Of a stretch of 64,000 nucleotides of DNA, positions 1-10,734 are shown one piece after another. A model generated the notes under the pieces. It was not told where the DNA came from. It searched no databases and saw only the letters and a list, made by a program, of their open reading frames with translations. The DNA lies in the NCBI GenBank assembly GCA_038087875.1, contig CM075996.1:8930001-8994000 (forward strand), written 5' to 3'. The number at the start of each line of letters is the position of its first letter. Position 1 is the stretch's first letter. Both the position numbers and the translations under genes were made by a program. The DNA comes from Malacoraja senta. Taxonomy: Eukaryota.

Positions 1-1827
1 TTCCAATCTTGTGATGTGGACTCGATAAGAAGTTTAGTTTTGAAATACAGCGTGGAAACGGGACGCTTCGGCCCACCGAATCCGCACCGATCAACGATCA
101 ACTAGTTCCATCCTACACATTAGGGACAATTTACCAAAGCTAAATCACCTACAAACTGCACGTCTTTGGAGTGCGGGAGCAAACTGGAGCACTCGGAGAA
201 AACCCACGCGGTCACGGGGAGAACATACAAACTGTACAGACAGCACCCGTAGGCAGGATCGAACCCGGGACTCTGGTGCTGTAAGGCAGTAGCTCTACCA
301 ATGTGCCACAGTGTCGCCCCCAATGTCATTGAATATTAAACTTGTTACTCTAGATTTTCCTCACTCTTAATATTGGATCAACAATCCACTGAGTTGTAGC
401 ATTGTAAATAAATATAATGACGTGTTAAGATGTCTGGACAATGTGCCTCAGTGAATTAAGTTCTGTAGGTGTGGTAAATCTAGAATACAATGTTTCATGG
501 TTACTTTATCTCCTGAGTGGATGAGTTTGTGGAATATTGAGTTTGGGTCTAGTTCGAAGTATTACTTGGGGAGCAAAGTCAGATAAGGACAAGTTGAGCC
601 ACTACTGGAAAAAGTTGAGGATATTAGGAAATGACATGGACCTGAAATATTTCTAATCTGCCAGATGTCATCAACAAGTCGTCTGGGCTGAGCTGTTGGC
701 AGAGCTAACCACATTTTGGCCTGATCTCATCCATTGGACCTCTGTAGCTAGAATAACCTTTGGAGGTCTCCAGAGTTCCTTGTGCTTTGATTCAGAATTA
801 TTCGAGTATTCTATTATCAGGAATTATTATTCTAGTATCAGGAGCATAATCTACAGATATATTAATTAAAAAAGAGCGTAATAGACTTTCAAGATCTGTA
901 TTAAAGTAAGGTTTTAATACAGATCTTGTTTTCAGTTTTTTTTAGCTCTACTCAATAACCAAAAATCTGTAGCCTCCTTTTGCTCTGGTATTTTATTTAA
1001 TTCACATGCTTAATCAATGATGTTTTATTATTAATGTTTAATGTTTTATGTATCATTCTTAACCGTCACTGTATGTCATGTTGACACTTGCGGGTGGAGC
1101 ACCAAGGCAAATTCCTTGTATGTGAATACCTGGCCAATAAACTTATTCATTCATTCATTCATTCATTAAAGAAACTGAGAACAGTCTTTAAGATATAAAG
1201 GCAGGAAGTATATGAAATAAAAATATTACATGCTGGGGATATTCAGCTATGCAAATTTCTATTTCCGTCTCCATGGGGAATAAGGAAATGGCAGAGAAGT
1301 TTAAGAAATATTTTTATGTCTGTTTCATAGAAGAAGAGACTAGAACTTGTCAGAAAAATTTGAACATGAAGAATCTGGTGAGAATCAGGGTTTTCTGGAA
1401 ACTAATAACAAGTATAGACAAGTTTGTGAGACAGAAAGCGTATCTCTCCTAAGGGGTGGCCCAGTGGCACAGCGGGTAGAGCCACTGCCTCACAGCGTTA
1501 GAGACCCAGATTCAATCCTGACCTCGGGTGCTGTCTGTGTGGATTTGCTTGTTCTCCCTGTGACCGCGTGGGTTTCCTCAGGGTGCTCCAGTCTCCTCCC
1601 AAATCTCAAAAATGTGCGGGTTTGTAAGTTAATTGGCCTCTGGAAATTGACCCTAGTGAGCAGAGAGTGGATGAGAAAGTGGGATAACGTAGAAATGAGT
1701 GTGAACGGGTGATTGATGGTCGGCTTGGACTCAGTGGTCTGAAGGGACTGATACAATGCTGTATCTTACAATCAATCAATCCTACACCATAATATAAACC
1801 CTGGAATTGTGAAGGACATGGCTAGAG

Positions 1828-2130
1828 GGGCAGCACGGTGGTGCAGCGGCAGAGTTGCTGCCTTCCTGCGGCAGAGACCCGGGTTTGATCCTGACCACGG
1901 GTGCTGTCTGTACGGAGTCTGTACATTCTCCCCGTGACCTGCGTGGGTTTTCTCCGGGAGCTCCAGTTTCCTCCCACACTCCAAAGACGAACAGGTTTGT
2001 TGGCTAATTGGCTTTGGTAAATATTGTAAATTGTCTCTAGTGTGTGTAGGATAGTGTTAATGTGCGGGGATCACTGGTCGGCGCAGACTCGGGCTGAAGG
2101 GCCTGTTTCCGCGCTGCTCTAAACCAAACT
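1828..2130 (+). mobile_element. tRNA-derived SINE (HE1/V-SINE-like), representative of roughly 20 copies
   Basis: Pol III A/B-box head (TGGTGCAGCGG / GGTTTGATCC), conserved core and a CR1-like tail. Copies include 30-320(-), 1457-1770, 4600-4900, 24335-24590, 32772-33064, 34510-35235, 35480-35792(-), 45815-46115, 57320-57620 and 63625-63820. Confidence 0.85.
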
Positions 2131-2193
2131 CCAATAGATTTGTCAAACATAAATCCATGCTGCTTCTGTTAAATCTTGACACAAAGTGCTGGA

Positions 2194-2478
2194 GTGTGTG
2201 TGCGTATGCGTGCGTGTATGTATGTGTGTGCATGTATGTGTATGTATACGAGTGTGTTTATTTATGTGACATGTATATGCGTGTCCGTATGTGTATCTAT
2301 GTATATGCATGTGTGTATATGTGTATATGCATGCATGTGTGTATATGTATGCATGTGTGTATATGTATGTATGCGTATGTGTGTATATGCTTGTGTGTAT
2401 GTGACAAGCATATGTGTATGTATGTGTATGTATGTATATGTATGTGTGTGTATACACGTGTGTGTATATGTGTGCGTG
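2194..2478. repeat. Degenerate (TG/TA)n microsatellite
   Basis: Alternating purine-pyrimidine tract. Confidence 0.95.
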
Positions 2479-2527
2479 AGAAACCCTGTGCAGATAAATT
2501 CTCATTGTATTAATCATGGTGCCTTAC

Positions 2528-2657
2528 CTCCAAACCAACAGTACACAACGTCGCACACTTTAGCTTTGAATTCATTGTTGTCGAACTGAATCAAGGACTG
2601 GGGGAAACTGCAGCAGAAACTGATGAACACGGCTTGGCTGAGGCTGCTGGGCAGCTC
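2528..2657 (-). CDS. FAM227A: FAM227A exon (ELPSSLSQAVFISFCCSFPQSLIQFDNNEFKAKVCDVVYCWFG)
   Basis: gtccatcag acceptor, GAG|gtaagg donor; 130 nt, phase 0 to 1. Matches the recalled [20 protein letters not shown]..F...EFK...C. The gene continues beyond position 1. Confidence 0.92.
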
Positions 2658-5600
2658 CTGATGGACAACGAGAGCAACAGTGAGAAACACAGCAATAATA
2701 CCCAGAGACACACACAGCTGCCACAAGCAACCAATCTTCATTCGGGTCCAGCCGCTGCCTCTCACACGCGGGTTTGATCCTAACCTCGCGTACTGACGGC
2801 GTGGAGTTTGCGTGGTCTCGATGTGACCGCGTGGGTTTCCTCCGGGTGCTCCGGTTTCATGCCAGATCCCAAAGACGGGCGGGTTTGTAGGTTAATTGGC
2901 CCTCTGCAAATTGCTCCTCATGTATAGGGAACCCAATTCGAAAGTGGGACAACACCGAGCCAGTGTGAAGGGGTGATCGATGGTCGGCATGCACTTGGTG
3001 GACCGGAGGGCCTATTTCTATCAATCATGCATCTGCAAGGACATAGAGGTTCTTTGTCGTAATTATTTACGCTTTTTGACTTGCAGCATCTATCACCGAT
3101 TTCCTCTGCCATCTACCCAGACTGATTTAAAATGCGCTCTGGCAACTAGGACAGCTAGCTACATCTCTGATGTAAACAAAAACAAAACCTGCAGATGCCG
3201 GAAATCTGAAATAAAAAAAACAAGAAATGCTGGAAACACTCGGCAGGTCAGTCAGCATCTGTGGAAGGTGAAACAGTTAAAGGTACAAGTCTCCAAACTG
3301 GTGTGTGTTTCCAGTATTTTGTGTAGTGTACACAACCAGCTGCCACACTGAGGGCAGGCTTCGACAGTCTTCAGATAGGCTTGGGGGAAAGGAAACTACC
3401 CTCAAAGCATTCCTGTATAGGAACGGCTCATGACAGGACATAATTTTCTTCAAGGGCTTGGACATGTGAGCTAAATCATCCCCGGGCACTTCAAAGAGTT
3501 GCTCTCAAACACATTTTTCTGACTTGCGACTGAGTTACGATAGGCGACCAAAGGTTTGCTCACACACGCAGCCTCCCAGGAGCACTTTGAAGAGAGGTAG
3601 CAAGGTTCCGAGGATTAGGGAAGGAATTCCCAGCTCAGGGCCTCAGAGGCTGATGGCACAGCTGCCGGAGGTGGAGGAATTAAAGCTGGAAATTCGCAGA
3701 TTCCTTGGAGATTTGTGAGGCTGCAGGAGGTGACGGGGCTGGAGGGCTGAGAGGGAAGAATGGGGAGGCGAGGGAGGCAATTGAAAACAAGATTGAGAAC
3801 TACTTAAGTAGAAACATACTTCATTCACAGTCAGTGTAGAAGAGCAATAAATTTAGGACCAGGGCTTTAGAGTGTGTGAATTCAGGGCTGAATTAGAAAC
3901 TCGGCAACAGAAGGCTTGAAGCTTCATCATACACTAAATGTTATTCATGTTAGTCCCTTTATCCTGTATCTGTACACTGTGGATGGCTTGAATGTTAGAC
4001 AATAGACAATAGACAATAGGTGCAGGAGTAGGCCATTTGGCCCTTCGAGCCAGCACCGCCATTCAACGTGATCATGGCTGATCATCCCCCAATCAGTACC
4101 CCGTTCCTGCCTTCTCCCCATATCCCCTGACTCCGCTATTTTTAAGAGCCCTATCTAGCTCTCTCTTGAAAGCATCCATAGAACCGGCCTCCACCGCCCT
4201 CTGAGGCAGAGAATTCCACAGACTCACCACTCTCTGTGAGAAAAAGTGTTTCCTCTAAATGGCTTACTCCTTATTCTTAAACTGTGGCCCCTGGTTCTGG
4301 ACTCCCCCAACATCGGGAACATGTTTCCTGCCTCTAGCGTGTTCAAACCCTTAATAATCTTATGTTTCCATGAGATTCCCTCTCATCCTTCTAAATTCCA
4401 GAGTGTACAAGCTCCATTCTCTCAGCATATGACAGTCCCACCATCCCGGGAATTAACCTTGTAAACCTACGCTGCACTCCCTCGATAGCACGAATGTCCT
4501 TCCTTAAATTAGGGGACCAAAACTGCACACAATACTCCAGGTGTGGTCTCACTAGGGCTTAGCATGCATTGTTTTTCCGCTGACTGGTCAGCAGGCAACG
4601 GGGCAGCACGGTAGAGTTGCTGCCTTACAGCGCTTACAGCGCCAGAGACCCGGGTTCGATCCCGACTACGGGTGCTGTCAGTACAGAGTTTGTAGGTTCT
4701 CCCTGTGACCGCGTGGGTTTTCTCCGAGATCTTCGGTTTCCTCACACACTCCAAAGACGTGCAGTGAGGTAAATTGGCTTGGTGTAAATGTAAATTGTCC
4801 CTGGTGCGTGTAGGCTAGTGTTAATGTGCAGGGGATCGCTGGTCGGTGCGGACTGGGTGGGCCGAAGGGCCTGTTTCCGCCCTGTATCTCTAAACTAAAC
4901 AAAAAGCTTTTCACTGTACCTCGGCGCATGTGACAATAAATTAAACTCAAAGTAAAAAATTCATGGAGGGTCAAAAATAATGAAGCCCGTGCAGAACAAG
5001 GGCAAGGACAAGACTTTCAGGAGCAGATGGGGCTGGACAGTGGTGCAGGGGTGGAAGCTGTCAATCTCAGTGATGGCTTCACTCAGGCACAATAATAACA
5101 CACAGGTTACGATAGGTCTGGCTCAGTTGGTTTCAGAGGCTGCGGATTGAGATGGTGGTGGAGACCCAGGACAGTGGCTTCTCTCTTCCTTATTTTTTAG
5201 TTTAGAGATACAGCACGGAAACAGGCCCGTCGGCCCACCGGGTCTGCGCCGACCAGCGATCCCCGCACATTAACACCATCCTACACCCACTCGGGACAAT
5301 TTTTACATTTACCAAGCCAATTAACCTACAAACCTGTACGTCTTTGGAGTGTGGGAGGAAACCGAAGATCTCGGAGAAAACCTACACAGGTCAAGGGGAG
5401 AACGTACAAACTCCATACAGACAGGGCCACCCCGCATTGAATCAGTCCCAACCTGATCTCCCGGTTGCCAAACACTTTAATTCCCCTTCCCATTCCCACA
5501 TTGACCTTTCTGTCCTGGGCCTCCTCCATTGTGAGAGTGAGGCCAAACGCAAATTGGAGGAACAGCACCTCATATTTCTCGGGCAGCTTACAACCCAGCG

Positions 5601-6129
5601 GTATGAACATTGACTTCTCTAACTTCAAGTAACCCTTGCATCCGCTCTCTCTCCGCCCCTCCCCCACCCAAGTCGTTGTACCAGATTCAGTCGTCTTCTC
5701 GAGTCTCATTGTCTGTAACTCGTTTTCACCATGCCCCTAGCTAACAATGGCCAGTTTCCTTCATCATCGTTACTTTTTTGCATATCTTTCGTTCACTTGT
5801 TCTATACAGTATCTCTCTAAATCACCATCTATATCTCTCGTTCCCCTTTCCCCTGACTCTCAGTCTGAAGGCTCTCGACTTCTTTAGCCAGAGGGTGTTC
5901 AATCTGTGGAATTCTTTGCCACAGATGGCTGTGGAGGCCACGTCAGTGGATATATTTAAGGCAGAGATAGATAGATTCTTGATTAGTATAGGTGTCAAAG
6001 GCTATGGGGAGAAGGGAGGAGAATGGGGTTGGGCAGGAGTTAGATCAGCCATGGTTTCATGGCGGGGTAGACTTGATGGGCCGAATGGCCTAATTCTACT
6101 CCTATTCCTTATGACCCGAAATGTCACCC

Positions 6130-7000
6130 TGTGGCGGTCCCTGGGGTTTAGGCCACTCCTTGGGTCACCCCCCTCGGCTCTTGAGGGACAGGGACGATTG
6201 ATTGTCTGCCCACGGGGTTTCCTGGGTCCTGCTCGCGGGCGTTCTGTGTGTTTGCCATGATTCATTAACAATGACTTCTGAAACTGCCTGGCGTCTGGCC
6301 TTTTCCTGACCTCATCCAGGCCACTACAACTGGTGACCCCGACGTTCATCACGCATCGTGATGGAAAACAACGCCGTTGCGCTGAGGCTCCCGACTTTGT
6401 GGACCAAAGAGCCATGATATCTGGTTCCAGCAGGCAGAGGCCCAGTTTGCTCTGCGTAGGGATGCTCATTGGGCACCCCTCCAGCGGCCGTACGAGGGTC
6501 CCTTCCGGGTCCTGGAGCATGGCTCGTCCACTTTCGTCCTGGACATGGGGGGTCGGCATGAGACTGTTTCGGTTGCGCGACTGAATCCGGCGCATATTGA
6601 CATTGATCGGCCGGTGCTGGTAGCGCGGCCCCGTAAGCGAGGGCGCCCTCCGTCTAGGGTACGTGCTCCAGTGGCTACTCCGCACCTGCACCTGTTGCTC
6701 GGTTGCCCTTCCTGTGCCGGGCATTGCGCGCACCCGGGCCTGGTCGCCACGTGCACCCTCCTGTCCGTTTCGTGCCTCTAGTTCTTGGGGGGAGGGGGTG
6801 GGTCGTGTGGCGGTCCCTGGGGGTTAGGCCACGCCTTGGGCCATCCCCCTCGGCTCTTGAGGGACAGGGACGATTGTCTGCCCACGGGGTTTCCCAGGTC
6901 CTGCTCGTGGGCGTTCTGTGTGTTTGCCATGATTCATTAACAACGACTTCTGAACCTGCCTGGCATCTGGCCTTCTCCTGACCTCATCCAGGCCACTACA
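6130..7000 (+). mobile_element. Miniature internally deleted Gypsy LTR element (TRIM-like)
   Basis: TG..CA LTRs at 6130-6328 and 6806-7000, tRNA-Trp PBS TGGTGACCCCGACGT at 6331, G-rich PPT, TSD accc/acct. A gag N-terminal remnant is joined to the integrase GPF module (PLQRPYEGPFRVL...VSVARLNPAH). Confidence 0.9.
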
Positions 7001-7079
7001 ACCTATTCATTTTCTCCACAGATGCTGCCTGACCCACTGAGTTACTCCGGCTTTTTGTGTCTATCTTCTGTTTATGTTG

Positions 7080-7912
7080 GACATCCGGTGGCGCTGTTGC
7101 TAGCTGCCTCCGCCCACGGTCTGGCTGTCTTTTTTTATTTGTTATGTTTAGAGTGTATCTTTTAGGTTTTTTTCAGTATTTCTTTTGGTATTTTATATGG
7201 GGGGAAGCGGGTAGGGTAAGGGGGAAACCGTCCTTCAGTCGCTTCCTGGCGAGGATGCGGCTATTATCCGAGTTGCGTCCTCGCCCCCACCCTCCCCTCG
7301 CGGCCTACCAACTGGATTGGCGCAGCCTTTCCTGCCGGACCAGACCAGAGCTTCAGCAGCGGCGGCGAGGCGCTGGAAACATCGCGGAGCGGGCGAGGCC
7401 TTCTGGGATCGCCGCTCGGAGCTCCGGAGTGTTGGGCCGCTGCTCCAACATCGCGGAGCTGTGGGTGCGGAGCTCCCAACGTGGGCGCCGCTGACTTTAA
7501 CATCGCGGAGTCCTGGGACCCTTTGCCGGGGGTTGTCAGCGCGAATCTCCGCCCAGCGCGGCCTGTGGACATTGTGAGCCGCGGACTCCGGTCGAAGGTG
7601 GCCGACGAGAGGTTCCCGGCGAGAGGGCCTGAACATCGAGCCGCCCCTAGCGCCGACTACGGGGTGCTCGGGAGGCCCCGACCACGGGTGAACATTGGGG
7701 GGAACATCAGTGAGGAGGTTGACTGGACTTTGGTTTCTTCCCTCACAGTGGGGAACTTTGGTGCCGTTGTGGGGATGTTTGTGTTGTGGACCACTGCGTT
7801 CTGTGTTTTGTGTTTTTAATTTTATTTTTTTGTATGACTGTAAGGGAAAAAGAATTTCGTTGTCTCTTCATTGAAGACAATGACAATAAATTAAATCAAA
7901 TCAAAATCAAAT
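7080..7912 (+). mobile_element. Unclassified CpG-rich non-coding retroposon ending TGACAATAAA plus microsatellite
   Basis: Its 3' part matches 18790-19090 (minus), and the layout is similar at 46985-47829. The tail resembles Rex1/Babar LINE tails in this window. Confidence 0.55.
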
Positions 7913-8067
7913 TTAAACCAGCATCTGCAATTCCTTCCTACCCCATCTACAGCACTGCCTGCAAACACCAGTGGAAGCAGTGGCGGGCAATGGGAGCTGC
8001 TGAGGGCAGGTTAGGGGCATGGACAGGACACTGGGTTGTGGTGAATTGCCAAAAAGATATTGCTAAC

Positions 8068-8172
8068 CTGCAGAAAACGGTCACCAAATGCCCAGTTCCA
8101 AGTCTCCATGATCAGCAGCACGTAATTCTTGGATACCCGATCAAACAGCTGGCACTGTTCAGAACTCTGACG
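8068..8172 (-). CDS. FAM227A: FAM227A exon (RQSSEQCQLFDRVSKNYVLLIMETWNWAFGDRFLQ)
   Basis: ccctttcag acceptor, CAG|gttagc donor; 105 nt, phase 0/0. Q..LFDR...Y..L motif. Not present in the supplied ORF track. Confidence 0.9.
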
Positions 8173-8745
8173 CTGAAAGGGAACGAACATTTATGAGGGC
8201 GCCGCGTAGCGATAAATTCCAAACACACTGGTGACAAATCAAACACCCTGCTCACTTCACCCCCTGCTCACTATACCCAGTAACTGATCACCACCAATCA
8301 CAAATCACAGTGGGTGGACGGCCCTCGAGTCAGTCTCACTGTGCTCTGTGTGTGATGATCAGACTTAGTTTATGCTCATCAGTTGCAGAGAAGGGCCGGC
8401 ACAGTGGTGCAGCGGGTAGAGCCACTGCCCCACAGCACCAGAGACCCGGGTTCGATCCTGGGTGCTGTCTGTGTGGAGTTTGCACATTCTCCCTGTGTCT
8501 GTGTGAAATCCCCCCCCCCCCACAGTAGAATCAGTCTGAAGAACGATCCTGACCCGAAACGTCACCTATTCATTTTCTCCAGAGTTGCTGCCTGATCCGT
8601 TGAGTTACTCCCACCATTTTGTGTCTGTATTAGGTATGTCCTGATTGACTATTCCTTTCTTTTCTCTTTGCTCCATGTTGCTGACCCGATCTGGTCCCAG
8701 GACCAACCCCAGTACTTCACTCTGTTTGGCTATCAGTCTCAGAGA

Positions 8746-9105
8746 CTTACTTACTTACTTCCTGCCTATTATTCCTCCTAGCATGTAGGGCAGCAACGAA
8801 GATCCTCCACTCCTATCTGTTCTGGGCTAGCTTCTGGACACTACCCCTAGTCAGGTCCAGTAGGGTTGATTCCTTCAGTTGCTGTTTCCGTAACATATTT
8901 GTTTTACGAGACAGGGTTGTTAGCCCTGTGCTCAACCTCCAACCTGGAGGACCAGTGGATCGTTCTTCGTCTCGCCTCTACCCTTCGACCTGTCCAGCAT
9001 GGGAGACCCTAACAGGAGACGAATCTCCCGCTGGCACAGCTCTAGGGGTCACTGAGACCCACAAGCTCCCCGACCACGACAAGGTTGCAATCCAACGGGG
9101 AGAAC
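8746..9105 (-). mobile_element. Bipartite RTE element, same family, larger internal deletion
   Basis: Reverse complement of the 17.9-18.5 kb family. TSD ctcagaga. Confidence 0.8.
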
Positions 9106-10274
9106 CTCAGAGAGTAAAGAGCTAAAAGCCCATTGCAGGACCTCTATACCTAACTCCCAATTGAGCGTTACTTTTACGCAGAAAATATGGCAACACGGCT
9201 CCCACCACCTCCCCGGCCACTTCCAGGCCAGACCATCTGCCGCCGCCGCCGACGACCCTCACCTGCTCTCCGGCCGCCCACAGGCCGCGACCATCGACTC
9301 TGCCGATCCTCGCCTCTCCCCCCGGTCACCAGCAGGCCGGCGCCATCAACCCACCGGGATTCCAGGCCCAGTTCCAGACCAAGTGTCGACCCGAAACCGA
9401 AACATCACCTCTCTATGTCCTCCAGAGATGCTGCCTGACCTGCTGAGTTACTCCAGCACTCTGTGCCCTTTTGTGTATTAACCGGCAACTTCAGCTGTTT
9501 GTTTCTGCTACTTTAGTTTCGTTTGGAGATGCAGCACGGAAACAGGACCAGCGATCCCCGCACATTAACACTATCCAACACACACTAGGGACAATTTGCA
9601 TTCATACCAAGCCAATTAGCCTACAAACCCATACGTCATTGGAGTGTGGGAGGAAACTGATGATCTCAGAGGAAACCCACGCAGGTCACGGGGAGAACGT
9701 ACAAACTCCGTGCAGACAGCACCTGTGGTTAGGATAGGTACAGGGGCCTGAAGACTGCAACGACCAGGTTCAGGAATAGCTACTTCCCCACAGCCATCAG
9801 GCTATTAAACTTGGCTCGGACAAAACTCTGAACATTAATAGCCCATTATCTGTTATTTGCACTTTCTCAGTTTATTTATTCATGTGTGTATTTACGTATA
9901 TAATGGTATATGGACACACTGATATATTTTGTAGTCAATGGCTACTATGTTCTGTTGTGCTGAAGCAAAGCAAGAATTTCATTGTCCTGTCAGGGACACA
10001 TGACAATAAACTCTCTTGACTCTTGACTTGACTTGACCCCGGGTCTCCGGCGCTGTGAGCGGCAACTCTACCGCTGCGCCACCTTGCCGGCCTACTTAAA
10101 CATTATTAATCCCTTTAACTCGGACAATCCCGTTATAGCGGACAATCACCAATAGTGGACACCCCCCCCCCTCCCCCCACAACCATGGTCCGTTATAACA
10201 AAGGTTTACTGTGTGTAGTTGCAGCATATACAGCCTTTAAACCAACCCAGCCGCTCCCGATAACACAAGCTCAC

Positions 10275-10373
10275 CTGCTGTGTGTGCAGGAAAAACCACC
10301 AGAAGCTGTCCAGGAGGATGCTCTTCATCAGCGTGGAGTTGAGCAGCTGCTTGAGATCAGCAATGTAGCCAAT
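10275..10373 (-). CDS. FAM227A: FAM227A exon with the FWWh motif (IGYIADLKQLLNSTLMKSILLDSFWWFFLHTQQ)
   Basis: ccctctgcag acceptor, CAG|gtgagc donor; 99 nt, phase 0/0. LDSFWW is the family signature. Confidence 0.92.
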
Positions 10374-10734
10374 CTGCAGAGGGAGCAAACAGTCAGCTTC
10401 ACCAAGTGTGAGACGGACACTAAATGCTGGAGTAACTCAGCCGGTCAGGCAGCATCCGAAAGGAATAGGTGACATTTCGGGTTGAGACTCTTCTTCAGAC
10501 TGAGAGTCAGGGGGAAACTGGAGGTACAAAAAGGTTCTGAATAAAGCAGAACTGGCAGGCATGACCAAGCAAAGGTGGAGCCCACAATGGTCCATTGTTG
10601 GCTGTGGAAGAGGTGTTAAAGAGGGTATATATGGATACGAACAGTGGAACTAGCAGGTCGACTGGGGTGGGGGAGGCGCGGAGAGAGAGGGTATGCGGGG
10701 ATTACTTGAAATTAGAGACATCAATAATCATATC

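Noticed and set aside
2143..2589. Overlapping C/V/Y/M and H/T ORFs
   Set aside because: Microsatellite translation.
3277..3489. Minus-strand ORF as a candidate FAM227A exon
   Set aside because: No convincing splice sites or similarity; 8068-8172 supplies the expected segment.
6002..6733. 243-aa minus-strand ORF
   Set aside because: Antisense to GC-rich Gypsy and CR1 remnants, and it crosses element boundaries.
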